A DNA stretch of 64,000 bases, from NCBI GenBank assembly GCA_051531975.1, contig JAOPTT010000009.1, forward strand, positions 256,001 to 320,000, written 5' to 3'. Positions 37,502-47,315 of this stretch are shown in pieces. The stretch comes from Spirochaetaceae bacterium. Its GTDB lineage: Bacteria > Spirochaetota > Spirochaetia > DSM-2461. Both the position numbers and the translations under genes were made by a program. Within the stretch, counting starts at the first letter, position 1, and every line of letters begins with the position of its first letter. The notes beneath the pieces were generated by a model. It was not told where the DNA came from. It was given only the letters and a program-made list of their open reading frames with translations, and did not search any database.

Positions 37502-39109
37502 ATGATTGTACAGAAGCTTACAACAGAAATCTCTGGGCTTGGTGAGTGTCCACTTTGGAACGAGAAGGAACACAAGCTCTACTGGACAGATATTACAGGT
37601 AAAATGATATGGACATACTCTCCTGTTTCATCAAATGCAGAAGTTCATACCAAGTTTGATTTTATGGTTGGTGGATTTGCCTTCACTAAAAAAAATGAAT
37701 TGATATTATGTTCTGATAGTGGGATTTATATCTATAAAAAGAACGAGTTTGCACCGAAGTTATTATATAGTATCGACGTTGAAAAAAATGAAAGGTTCAA
37801 TGATGTCACTGTGGATCCTGTTGGTCGTATACTGGCTGGAACACTAAAAACAGGTTTCAAAAACGGGAATTTATATTTACTTGAAATGAATAAACCACCA
37901 CGAATAATTCTAAGAGATTTAGGTATTTCAAATGGTATGTGTTTTGATGAAAATAACAATCGTTTTTATCATACCGATTCATGTCATCGAACTATAAGTT
38001 ATTTTGATTATGATCGGAATAATGGAACTATTTCCAATAAAAAAGTTATATATAAGGGATTAGAATCTGATGGTTTTCCAGACGGTATAACAATGGATAA
38101 TGAAGGTTACATATGGGTAGCTTGCTGGGGTGCATCACAGATTATACGTATAGATAAAATTGATGGGACAATACTTCAGAGAGTAGACGTACCAGCCAGG
38201 CAGCCATCCAGTATCACTTTTGGTGCAGAAGACCTAAGTACTCTTTTCATTACGACCGCCGCGGAAGGAGCCATAGATTTAACTACCGGTAAAGATAAGG
38301 AAGGAAACTTTCTTGGTGGATATCTTTATTGTTTCAATCCCGGAGTAAAAGGGAAAAAAGAGTATTATGCAAATTTTAAAAATAAGATGAATCAGGAGAT
38401 AGTTATGAATAATTTATGGAATAGTGACGAGGAGTTATTTAACCTAGCAAAAGAAGAACTTTTTACAGCCGTTGTAGGAGATATAATGGATAAATTAGGT
38501 TATTATCATCAGTTTTTACCACCTAACATTAGACCCCTCGATGATAATATGGTGGTTATAGGTAGAGCTATGACAGTTCTTGAAGCTGACTGTTTTCAAG
38601 AGCTTAATCCCAATCATGTTAACGAGAGTAACGGTGTAATGAACAGACCTTTTGGTCTTATGTTAGAGGCTTTAGATGATATAAAAAAAGATGAAGTTTA
38701 TATCTGTACAGGATCATCACCACATTACGCATTATGGGGTGAGATTATGTCTACCCGGGTCAAATATTTAGGATCTGCTGGGGCAGTTGTTAATGGATAT
38801 AGCCGTGATACTAAAGGAATCTTAGAACTTGGGTTCCCCTGTTTTTCATATGGGCCATATGCCCAGGATCAGGCACCTAGAGGGCGTGTTATTGATTTTC
38901 GTTGTCCTATAGAAATTGAAGGTGTAAGAATAAATGATGGAGATATTATCTTTGGTGATATTGACGGTGTATGTATCATACCTAAAGAAATTGAAGAAGA
39001 GGTATTTATTGGTGCATTAGAAAAAGCAAGAGGTGAAAAAATTACTCAGGATGCAATACGAGGTGGAATGAGTGCTGTGGAAGCCTGGGAAAAGTATGGT
39101 ATTATGTAA
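37502..39109 (+). CDS. SMP-30/gluconolactonase domain fused in frame to RraA/HMG-aldolase-family domain (possibly two genes, second starting at 38405)
   Basis: GECPLW, RFND, SNG, PDG lactonase motifs to ~aa 293; AVVGDIMD, ALWGEIMS, RDT, GDIDGV RraA motifs after; internal CAGGAG-N6-ATG at 38405. Confidence 0.85.
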   Translation: MIVQKLTTEISGLGECPLWNEKEHKLYWTDITGKMIWTYSPVSSNAEVHTKFDFMVGGFAFTKKNELILCSDSGIYIYKKNEFAPKLLYSIDVEKNERFNDVTVDPVGRILAGTLKTGFKNGNLYLLEMNKPPRIILRDLGISNGMCFDENNNRFYHTDSCHRTISYFDYDRNNGTISNKKVIYKGLESDGFPDGITMDNEGYIWVACWGASQIIRIDKIDGTILQRVDVPARQPSSITFGAEDLSTLFITTAAEGAIDLTTGKDKEGNFLGGYLYCFNPGVKGKKEYYANFKNKMNQEIVMNNLWNSDEELFNLAKEELFTAVVGDIMDKLGYYHQFLPPNIRPLDDNMVVIGRAMTVLEADCFQELNPNHVNESNGVMNRPFGLMLEALDDIKKDEVYICTGSSPHYALWGEIMSTRVKYLGSAGAVVNGYSRDTKGILELGFPCFSYGPYAQDQAPRGRVIDFRCPIEIEGVRINDGDIIFGDIDGVCIIPKEIEEEVFIGALEKARGEKITQDAIRGGMSAVEAWEKYGIM

Positions 39110-39126
39110 CCGGAGATATAACAGGT

Positions 39127-39960
39127 ATGGAAATTGTAAAACATCGGTTTAAAAAGTATTTTCAACCGGTAAAAAGGGACCTTGATTGGGGAATCTATCT
39201 ATTAGGATGTGGAGATTATACAAGCCCTAATATAGAAATGCCTGAAGATGGGCGATATCTTAATGATTATGCTATTGTCTATTTTACTGAGGGAGAGGGT
39301 CTTTTTTATATAGATAAGGAAAACGCTATTCCCTGGTCTACCGGTGATGTTATTTTACTTTTCCCAGGTGTCTGGCATAAATATGTTTCAGAAAATAGTC
39401 AAAATTCAAAACAACTTTGGATTGTATTTAATGGTTCTTATGTCAGGCATCTTCAGAAAAATAATTTTCTTTCAACAAATAATTCTCTTATTCATATTGG
39501 ATTTGATACAGAATTACATAATCTGTTTAATAAAATAGAGACCCTGGCGGAAACTGAATCATTAACTTTCCAAATTGAATCTGGAGCGGAACTTATTAAG
39601 TTATTAGCACGAATTATAAAATTATCCGATAAAAACAAATCTGTACCAATACAACCTGTAATTTGTAAGTCTATAGATTATATTGAAGAAAACCCTGAAA
39701 AAGAGATAGATTTTGAGGACTTTTCAAAATCCAATGGAATAAGTTACATACATTTTCGCCGACAGTTTAAACAGAGTACAGGATTGGCTCCTCTACAGTA
39801 CCAGATGCAGGTCAAAATAAATAAAGCAAAAATACTTTTGGAAACCGATAAATCGGTAAAAGAAGTAGCTTTTGAACTAGGTTTTAAATGTCAGTACTAT
39901 TTCTCAAGAAAATTTAAAGAGAAGACTGGAATACCCCCATCTGAATGGACATATATATAG
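39127..39960 (+). CDS. AraC-family transcriptional regulator
   Basis: LLFPGVWHKY cupin; GFKCQYYFSRKFK HTH. Confidence 0.92.
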   Translation: MEIVKHRFKKYFQPVKRDLDWGIYLLGCGDYTSPNIEMPEDGRYLNDYAIVYFTEGEGLFYIDKENAIPWSTGDVILLFPGVWHKYVSENSQNSKQLWIVFNGSYVRHLQKNNFLSTNNSLIHIGFDTELHNLFNKIETLAETESLTFQIESGAELIKLLARIIKLSDKNKSVPIQPVICKSIDYIEENPEKEIDFEDFSKSNGISYIHFRRQFKQSTGLAPLQYQMQVKINKAKILLETDKSVKEVAFELGFKCQYYFSRKFKEKTGIPPSEWTYI

Positions 39961-39961
39961 T

Positions 39962-40795
39962 TTAAACATTCTCTCCAATATTCATATTACGAAATTTTCC
40001 TGGAGACATTCCTATATATTTTTTAAACTGATTTGAAAATGCATATTGATCTTTATAACCAAGGTCTACCGATATAGCTTTTATAGATAAAGAAGGATTA
40101 TGCAGTAGTCTTTTTGCTTCATTTATACGTTTTAATACACGGTAATGATGCATACTAAATCCTGTTTCATTCTTAAACATCTTTCGGATACTTTCATAAC
40201 CCCCTGGTAGTGGACCTACTAGTTTCTTTAAATCCAGCTTTTTATCAAGATTATCACTAAGCTGTCTATACAATTCCTCCACTAGAGATTCCATGTTATC
40301 AAGGCTAATATTATTGCTTGCTAATTCATTTATAAATAGAATAAAAGATTGAACCTCTATAAGCAGTCTCTTGTAGTTTTTTTCGTTACTATTTTTAAAC
40401 CTGTTTAAAAGAGACTCACATCTTGTTAAGGTCTCGTGGCCAGGAACTGTATGTAATATTGGGGCGTCTGAAATAAAATTAATAGATGTTAAAGTTTTAT
40501 ACAGCTTTTTACCAAAACAGATATAAAATTCACGCCATGGTTCACCATCTTCAACTGTAGTTGTATGTATTACCCCAGGCCTTCTTTGAACAAAGTCTCC
40601 TTTTTGGATGATAGTTCTATTCCCTTCCTCATCAATGTATACACCTTTACCAGAGAGTATGAGGAAACCACCATAATAGTAAAAATAATGTCTCTTAATC
40701 TCCGGTTTTTTAGATAGGAATCCACAGGCAATAACTCCATCTATATGATCATTATTAATTGTTTTATATATCATATCGTAATTAGTTGATTTCAT
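39962..40795 (-). CDS. AraC-family transcriptional regulator
   Basis: GYKDQYAFSNQFKKYIGMSPGKFR; ATG 40795 with GGAG RBS. Confidence 0.92.
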   Translation of the reverse strand: MKSTNYDMIYKTINNDHIDGVIACGFLSKKPEIKRHYFYYYGGFLILSGKGVYIDEEGNRTIIQKGDFVQRRPGVIHTTTVEDGEPWREFYICFGKKLYKTLTSINFISDAPILHTVPGHETLTRCESLLNRFKNSNEKNYKRLLIEVQSFILFINELASNNISLDNMESLVEELYRQLSDNLDKKLDLKKLVGPLPGGYESIRKMFKNETGFSMHHYRVLKRINEAKRLLHNPSLSIKAISVDLGYKDQYAFSNQFKKYIGMSPGKFRNMNIGENV

Positions 40796-40922
40796 TTTCT
40801 CTCCGATACCATTTATTACATTAAGAATACCATTATTGACATTTTTAACTGGCAATTTAGATTTATACTGATATCATATTGTACATCTAAATGTATAATA
40901 AATCATATAAAGAGGTTAAATA

Positions 40923-41990
40923 ATGAATAAAAGAGAGAACTTTCTATCAATGTTACGCCGACAGGGTTATGAATATGCACCTGTAGATCTGGTCCTTTGT
41001 CCTTCACTTCTTGAATCCTATGAAAAGGATATTTCTTCAACAAAGAATTTTGAAGACTATTTTGGATTACCATGGCGTGAAGTTGAAGATGGTAAGATTA
41101 TAGCTGTTGATGATAGCGTATATGAAGAATATTATAAAGATAAATTAAAAGAAGGTAGAACAATAGACTCTTGGGGAGTCGGGCATGAGCCTGGTAGTGA
41201 TGCATGTATGCATATGACATATATGCGACATCCTATGAAAGATTTAACAACAATTGAAGAGTTAGAAAATTATCCATATCCTGATTATTTGAACGGAGAT
41301 TTTAGCCATCAGAAGACACAGATTGACGCCATACATGAGAAAGGTTTAGCTTCATGTGGTAATATGCAGATAACTATATGGGAAGCTTCTTGGTACTTAA
41401 GAAGTATGGAACAGCTTATGATGGATATGATCATGGATAAAGAAAAGGCTGAACTCATAATAGATAAGGTTTTGGAATTGAGTATACATAGAGCTGTTCA
41501 ATATGCGAAAGCAGGTTGTGATATCCTATTTTTTGGTGATGATATTGGTATGCAGTCAAGTATAATGATGAGTGTTGAAATGTATGTTGAATGGTTTAAA
41601 CCAAGATTGACAAAACTGATAGATACAGTTAAAAAAGTTAATCCAAATATCATAATTTTTTATCATTCCTGCGGTTTTGTTGAACCTTTTATACCACATC
41701 TAATTGAGGCTGGAGTAGATGTTCTTAATCCTGTACAACCAGAATGTATGGATTTTGAGAAACTTCATGGGTTATATGGTGATAAAATCTCTTTCCATGG
41801 AACCATTGGAACTCAAACTACTATGCCATTTGGAACACCTGATGAGGTTCGAGAGCTTGTTATTAAAAACTTATCGATTGCAGGAAAAAAGGGTGGTCTA
41901 TTTTGCTCTCCTACACATATGTTAGAACCGGAAGTTCCCTGGGAAAATATTATGGCTTATATTGAAGCTTGTAAATCATTTAAGCCATAA
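40923..41990 (+). CDS. Uroporphyrinogen-decarboxylase/MtaA-CmuA superfamily protein
   Basis: GDDIG, FYHSCG, DVLNPVQPE, GTIGTQ.TMPFGT, PTH. Confidence 0.85.
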   Translation: MNKRENFLSMLRRQGYEYAPVDLVLCPSLLESYEKDISSTKNFEDYFGLPWREVEDGKIIAVDDSVYEEYYKDKLKEGRTIDSWGVGHEPGSDACMHMTYMRHPMKDLTTIEELENYPYPDYLNGDFSHQKTQIDAIHEKGLASCGNMQITIWEASWYLRSMEQLMMDMIMDKEKAELIIDKVLELSIHRAVQYAKAGCDILFFGDDIGMQSSIMMSVEMYVEWFKPRLTKLIDTVKKVNPNIIIFYHSCGFVEPFIPHLIEAGVDVLNPVQPECMDFEKLHGLYGDKISFHGTIGTQTTMPFGTPDEVRELVIKNLSIAGKKGGLFCSPTHMLEPEVPWENIMAYIEACKSFKP

Positions 41991-42062
41991 TATAAAACTG
42001 TCTTTGTAGTGTTCATTGTAATAACATCGGTAATTCGATTAAAGATGTTATTACAAATAGAA

Positions 42063-42875
42063 TTACATCAGTTTTAGAGGTTTAAAATTAGAATCTCCAG
42101 GTCCAGGGTATCTGTATTTACCTTTTGATAATTTTCCAATGTTTATAGTCTTGGTTGGACAATGATTTATACATCTCATACATAAAAAACAGTTCTTATC
42201 AAATTTAACAAATTTTCCAGACACAGTAATATTATTAACAGGACAGATTTTTTCACAATGTCCACATCCTGTACAATCTTTACCTGCAGCTAACTTCTTA
42301 GATAATGATCTCTCAAATGGTCTCATTAAAAATGCAATAAAATTAAATAAAGCAGCAGAAAATTTATTGATATTTATTTGTGAATCCTTTGGTAATGTAT
42401 AATCTCCATTATCAATTTTTATTAAATCTTCAAAAATCAGTTCCACTTCAGGTATATTAGAGAAATCACGATTTAACATTTTTTTAACTATTTTAGAATC
42501 GGGACTTACAAAACTTAAACCATCAGAACCAGGCATTATTATTGACCTTCCACCTATAATGTTTCCATTGTTTTTCTTTATAGTTTTAGCTGTATTATAT
42601 AGTGCTGCGCCAGCAGAATATGCCATGGTAGTAAAGATATAAACCTCTTTCCCCTCTAAGTCCTGGGAAATTATCTGTTTTAATATTGATACTACATTCA
42701 AAGCATAAACTGGAAAGCCTAGATAAATTCTTGAGGAATCCTTAATTTGTGATTTATCATATTTCTCAAAAGGTATCATAGATATATCTTCATGTTTTGA
42801 CCTGATGTCATTAATGATCGATGCTATAAAGTGAGTATTTCCAGTTCCACTAAAATATAATATTGTTGATTTCAA
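42063..42875 (-). CDS. EFR1-family flavodoxin-ferredoxin fusion
   Basis: YFSGTGNT, GFPVY, two 4Fe-4S motifs CTGCGHCEKICP and CFLCMRCINHCP. Confidence 0.9.
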   Translation of the reverse strand: MKSTILYFSGTGNTHFIASIINDIRSKHEDISMIPFEKYDKSQIKDSSRIYLGFPVYALNVVSILKQIISQDLEGKEVYIFTTMAYSAGAALYNTAKTIKKNNGNIIGGRSIIMPGSDGLSFVSPDSKIVKKMLNRDFSNIPEVELIFEDLIKIDNGDYTLPKDSQININKFSAALFNFIAFLMRPFERSLSKKLAAGKDCTGCGHCEKICPVNNITVSGKFVKFDKNCFLCMRCINHCPTKTINIGKLSKGKYRYPGPGDSNFKPLKLM

Positions 42876-42941
42876 TTTTTACCCCATAATATTTTAGAAA
42901 TTATTGTTTCTGTATAAGAATATAATGAAAAATTGGGAAAT

Positions 42942-42977
42942 AAAAAAGCCACTGGTTCATATCATTTCCCAGTGGCT
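42942..42977 (-). terminator. Rho-independent terminator after serA
   Basis: AGCCACTGG...CCAGTGGCT with A-run. Confidence 0.7.
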
Positions 42978-43002
42978 ATAAATTTTATAATGTTTGCTTA
43001 TT

Positions 43003-44160
43003 CTAGATTGCTCTAGCTACAACAACACCAGCTAAAGATTTAACATCGGCTTCTATAACTTTTGCATCTTTATCAGTATTAACAATAGCGTAAGTTAAAT
43101 TACCTCTTGTTTCAGTTATCATATCAGTATATGTGATCCCTGCTTTCTTAAGTGCTTCTGTCATTCCAAAAAGTAATTCTGAATTGTTTTTTGCACAAGC
43201 TGTAATTCTAGGACCATTAACGTCTAAGGTCACGTTAGGGAAGTTCACAGAGTTTAATACATTTCCAGTTTCTAAGTATAAAGAAACTTGGTTAACTACC
43301 ATTTTAGCACAATTCTCTTCAGATTCATTTGTGGAAGCACCTAAATGAGGAATAGGAATAATGTTATCTACATTTACCATTAAAGCATTAGGAAAGTCCG
43401 TAATATATTTTGCAACTTTACCAGATTTAACAGCAGCTACCATATCAACATCGTTAATTAGTCCACCTCTTGCAAAGTTAACAATTCTAACACCATCGAT
43501 ACACTTAGCTAAAAGCTCAGCATTAAACATTGCTTTTGTATCTGCATTTACAGGTAAGTGTAATGATAAATAATCAACCTCTGCAAAAATTGCATCCATA
43601 GAGTCTTTAATTACAATGTTTGATGATAGTTTTGCTTTTGCAGCATCAGAAATAAATGGGTCGTAACCAACAACTTCCATACCTAAAGCGTCACAAGCAT
43701 TGGCAACTAATCCACCAATTGCTCCTAAACCGATAACTCCCATTTTTTTACCAAGAATCTCAGGTCCACCAAAATTAGATTTACCTTTTTCTACCTGTGC
43801 AGGAACATCAGTATCACCATCTTTAAGCTCTTTAGCCCAAACAATAGATTCAAATACAGCACGGGATGACATAAATAGAGCAGTAATAACTAACTCTTTT
43901 ACAGCATTTGCATTTGCACCAGGTGCATTAAATACAACAATACCTTCTTCTGTACATCTGTCTGCTGGTACATTGTTAGTTCCAGCTCCAGCTCTACCAA
44001 TTGCCTTCATTGTTGATGGGAACTTAGTATCATGAAGTTTGTAACTTCTTAAAATGATTCCCTCAGCATCTGTATGGTTTTCATTTATATCGTATTTAGC
44101 TTTATCAAATAGAGATAAACCTTTATCAGAAATCTTATTATATGTCTGTATTTTGTACAT
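43003..44160 (-). CDS. serA: D-3-phosphoglycerate dehydrogenase
   Basis: RAGAGTNNVP, NAPGANANAVKE, GLGAIG, PHLGAST, C-terminal ACT-like domain; follows serC. Confidence 0.92.
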   Translation of the reverse strand: MYKIQTYNKISDKGLSLFDKAKYDINENHTDAEGIILRSYKLHDTKFPSTMKAIGRAGAGTNNVPADRCTEEGIVVFNAPGANANAVKELVITALFMSSRAVFESIVWAKELKDGDTDVPAQVEKGKSNFGGPEILGKKMGVIGLGAIGGLVANACDALGMEVVGYDPFISDAAKAKLSSNIVIKDSMDAIFAEVDYLSLHLPVNADTKAMFNAELLAKCIDGVRIVNFARGGLINDVDMVAAVKSGKVAKYITDFPNALMVNVDNIIPIPHLGASTNESEENCAKMVVNQVSLYLETGNVLNSVNFPNVTLDVNGPRITACAKNNSELLFGMTEALKKAGITYTDMITETRGNLTYAIVNTDKDAKVIEADVKSLAGVVVARAI

Positions 44161-44192
44161 TATTGTCTTCTCCACTCAATATATATATGTTA

Positions 44193-45269
44193 TTAGCTAT
44201 TTGCTTTCTCAAAATCAGCCATAACTTTAACTAATTTCTCTACACCCTCTAATGGCATAGCGTTATAGATAGAAGCTCTCATTCCACCAACAGATCTGTG
44301 ACCTTTTAATGTCATTAAATCTTGGGAAGCAGCCTCTTTAATAAATTTAGCATCTAATTCATCGTTACCAGTTACAAAAGGGATATTCATTAAAGATCTA
44401 TCTTCAACTTTTGCAGTTCCTGAGAACATTTTACTGTTATCTAAATAGTTGTATAGTAGGTTAGCTTTAGTTAGGTTATTTTTATAAATACCATCTAATC
44501 CACCCTTAGATTTAATCCAACCTAAAACTTTACCTAAAATATAGATACCATAAGTAGGAGGTGTATTAAACATAGAAGCTGCATCAGCATGTGTTTTATA
44601 CTGCATCATTGTTGGTGTACCTTCAATGTGCTTACCAATTAGGTCATCTCTGATTATTACAAGTGTAACTCCAGCAGGTCCTAAGTTCTTCTGTGCACCA
44701 GCAAAGATAACACCGTAGTCACTTACATTTATAGGCTCTGACATAATGTTTGAAGACATATCTGCAATAATTGGAGTATCTCCAGTATTTGGTAGTTCTA
44801 CAAATCTTGTACCATAAATAGTATTGTTACTAGCAAGATATACATAATCAGCATCGTCTGAAAATTTAAGATCTTTTGGAATATATGAGAAAGTAGCATC
44901 TTCTGATGATGCAATAACATTAGCTTCACCAACTAGTTTAATTTCGGTTACAGCTTTTTTCGTCCAAGCACCTGTGTTAATAACGTCAACTTTACCAGTT
45001 TTGTTCATTAGGTTCATTGGAAGCATTGCAAACTGAGTAGAAGCTCCACCTTGTAAAAATAGCACTTTGTAGTTATCAGGTACGTCCATAACTTCTCTTA
45101 CAAGTTTTTCTGCATTATCATATATGGCTACAAACTCTTTGGATCTGTGACTCATCTCCATTACGGACATTCCCGAGCCTTGGTAATCTAGCATCTCTGA
45201 TGCTGCTTCTTGTAAGACTTCCTGAGGAAGCATTGCAGGTCCTGCGGAAAAATTGAAAACTCTTTTCAT
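44193..45269 (-). CDS. serC: Phosphoserine aminotransferase
   Basis: FNFSAGPAMLP, MEMSHRS, GAQKNLGPAG, GHRSVGGMRASIYNA. Confidence 0.97.
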   Translation of the reverse strand: MKRVFNFSAGPAMLPQEVLQEAASEMLDYQGSGMSVMEMSHRSKEFVAIYDNAEKLVREVMDVPDNYKVLFLQGGASTQFAMLPMNLMNKTGKVDVINTGAWTKKAVTEIKLVGEANVIASSEDATFSYIPKDLKFSDDADYVYLASNNTIYGTRFVELPNTGDTPIIADMSSNIMSEPINVSDYGVIFAGAQKNLGPAGVTLVIIRDDLIGKHIEGTPTMMQYKTHADAASMFNTPPTYGIYILGKVLGWIKSKGGLDGIYKNNLTKANLLYNYLDNSKMFSGTAKVEDRSLMNIPFVTGNDELDAKFIKEAASQDLMTLKGHRSVGGMRASIYNAMPLEGVEKLVKVMADFEKANS

Positions 45270-45282
45270 AATTTTACTCTCC

Positions 45283-45327
45283 TTGGTTGCTTAGCTGAGC
45301 GGGATTGTATTAACAATCCGACCGGCT
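45283..45327. mobile_element. 45-bp hairpin micro-element, copy A (rex-serC spacer)
   Basis: TTGGTTGCTTAGCTGAGCG-GGATTGT-atta-ACAATCC-GACCGGCT; arms resemble the insertion at 57402-57442. Confidence 0.5.
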
Positions 45328-45980
45328 TAAGTTTGTTTGTTTTCATATTGTGATATCAACGCAGATAAAATATTAAATTCACCTGCTATAAATATATTTC
45401 GTATAAAAACATCATCTCTGTTTATCTCTATTAAAACAGGGCTGAAGTTAATAATTCCTTTAATTCCACATGCTATAAGGTCATTTGCGACTTTTCTTGC
45501 ACTGGCTTGTGGTACAGTTATCATACCAATTTTAATCTGTTCTTTTTCAATTATATCTTTCATTTTGTCCATAGGGTATATGGTCATATCTGTTCTATCG
45601 TTTATAAGTTTAGCATCATTATTATCAAACCCTGCAACTACTGTATATTCATTTGAATAAAATCCATTTTTAGTTGTAATTACCGTTCCTAATCTACCCA
45701 TTCCAACTATACACGCTTTTTTGTATTTATTGAAACCAAGATACTCTGCAATTATGTTTTTTAAGTTAATAATATCGTAACCATTACCGTTACCAGCTTG
45801 TCTTAAAAAGCTAATATCTTTTCTGATTGTATGGGAGGGAACTCCAAGAAGTTTACCAATTTCGGCTGAAAATATCCGTTCTTGTCCTTCCTTTTGTAGG
45901 TTTTCTAAAAGGACAAACAGAGTTGATAACCTAACAATAGTAGGTTTTGGTATGATAAGTCTGTCTAGCTCATTTTTCAT
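45327..45980 (-). CDS. rex: Redox-sensing transcriptional repressor Rex
   Basis: IPKPTIVRL, TIRKDIS, GY, IVGMGRLG, TVP, GIINFSP; ATG 45980 with GGAG RBS. Confidence 0.92.
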   Translation of the reverse strand: MKNELDRLIIPKPTIVRLSTLFVLLENLQKEGQERIFSAEIGKLLGVPSHTIRKDISFLRQAGNGNGYDIINLKNIIAEYLGFNKYKKACIVGMGRLGTVITTKNGFYSNEYTVVAGFDNNDAKLINDRTDMTIYPMDKMKDIIEKEQIKIGMITVPQASARKVANDLIACGIKGIINFSPVLIEINRDDVFIRNIFIAGEFNILSALISQYENKQT

Positions 45981-45988
45981 ATCAACTC

Positions 45989-46006
45989 CAGTGAATAATT
46001 TCACAT
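45989..46006. promoter_or_regulatory. Rex operator (autoregulatory)
   Basis: ATGTGAA-atta-TTCACTG (minus) vs consensus TTGTGAA-N4-TTCACAA, between a TTGACA promoter and the rex RBS. Confidence 0.7.
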
Positions 46007-46077
46007 TATTTAATAATATAAAAATATATCGATTCCTGTCAATTGCAAATATACAAATATAATATAAATGAATTTTT

Positions 46078-46322
46078 AGGACTAAAATAATGTTTTGTTA
46101 TAATAGGTATCGGCAGGGCTTTTAATTTTATTTTTCATGGAATTTTCAAAATTACGGGATAAATTATATTTATTTAGCAAATTATTAATGTTTTGATAAA
46201 CTCCTGTTTTATATGATTGGTCCATTTTTGAACTATTATATAAAGCACATAATTCTGGATATAATAGAGGGCATTCCTTGTTAATGAAGAGCCGATTTAC
46301 AAATAATTTCAGAAATATCCAT
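46078..46322 (-). pseudogene. Probable internally deleted radical-SAM (SPL-like) gene remnant
   Basis: MDISEIICKSALH* joined to a C-terminal-like stretch YPELCALY...YKTGVYQNINNLLNKYNL...MKNKLK; family recognised from memory only. Confidence 0.35.
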
Positions 46323-46327
46323 ATATC

Positions 46328-47212
46328 TTATTTATAAGCTTTGGATATCTCTGTTGCAATATTTTTTAAGTTTAAAAGGTAGTCCTGGTGTAGAGGGTTT
46401 AATGAAGTTACTCTTCCACCAATTGCGTCGGCTATAACCTTCGCACTTTTTATAGAGAACTCAGGTTGAACTACAATTATTTTAGCTCCATCTGCTATAG
46501 CTTCAGATATTATTCTTTCTAAACCTTTAGGTGTAGGTTCTTTTCCTCCGGTCTCTACGGCTTCCTGAATTAATCCAAACTCATCTAAGAAGTATCCAAA
46601 TGATGGGTGATAAACAAATACTACGTTTCCTTTGTATGGATCTAGAATCTGATGTAATTCCTCTGTTATAGAGTTTAGCTGTTTTATTAGTATATTAAAC
46701 CTAGAAGTATAATATTCTTCTCCTTCAGGATCAGATTTAATTAGATTTATTAATATGTTTTGAGCTATTATTTTTCCTAAAACTGGAGATAACCAAGTAT
46801 GTGGGTCTAATTCTTCATTTTCTGGGTGTTCCTCGACGGAGTGATTGTGACCTTCTACTATTTCCCTTTTTTTTATACCTATAGATGAATCTATGACCTT
46901 AAGATTTTTTAAAGTATTCAATATTTTACCTAAGTAGATATTTTCAAATGGAACACCAATAGTAAATAGTATATCGGCGGTACTAAGTTTAACTATTTGA
47001 TTTGGTGTTGGTTGATATGTTGCTGGATTTTTACCTGGTCCAACTAGAACACTGCAATCTACCCGCTCTCCACCAATCTGTTCCACAAAAAACTTCTGAG
47101 GAATAATGCTTGTAAATACTTTTAAACTATTTGATTCTTCTTCGATATTTGTTGTACCAAATAGTGAATATATTGAAATAACTGATAATATTAGATATGT
47201 AATTCGTTTCAT
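46328..47212 (-). CDS. znuA: Zinc/metal ABC transporter binding protein
   Basis: His-rich loop GHNHSVEEH, DPHTWLSP, YHPSFGYF. Confidence 0.88.
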   Translation of the reverse strand: MKRITYLILSVISIYSLFGTTNIEEESNSLKVFTSIIPQKFFVEQIGGERVDCSVLVGPGKNPATYQPTPNQIVKLSTADILFTIGVPFENIYLGKILNTLKNLKVIDSSIGIKKREIVEGHNHSVEEHPENEELDPHTWLSPVLGKIIAQNILINLIKSDPEGEEYYTSRFNILIKQLNSITEELHQILDPYKGNVVFVYHPSFGYFLDEFGLIQEAVETGGKEPTPKGLERIISEAIADGAKIIVVQPEFSIKSAKVIADAIGGRVTSLNPLHQDYLLNLKNIATEISKAYK

Positions 47213-47315
47213 GATTTTAAAAGTAATATTTGTTTATTTAATAGTCAACGCTACATAAAGCTTTCATAAGTTATAAAAAGTTGCACCATGTGAAAGTCTG
47301 GACTATTATTATCTT

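Noticed and set aside
46076..46095. TTAGGACTAAA half-match to the nifSU operator
   Set aside because: No second half-site; likely chance
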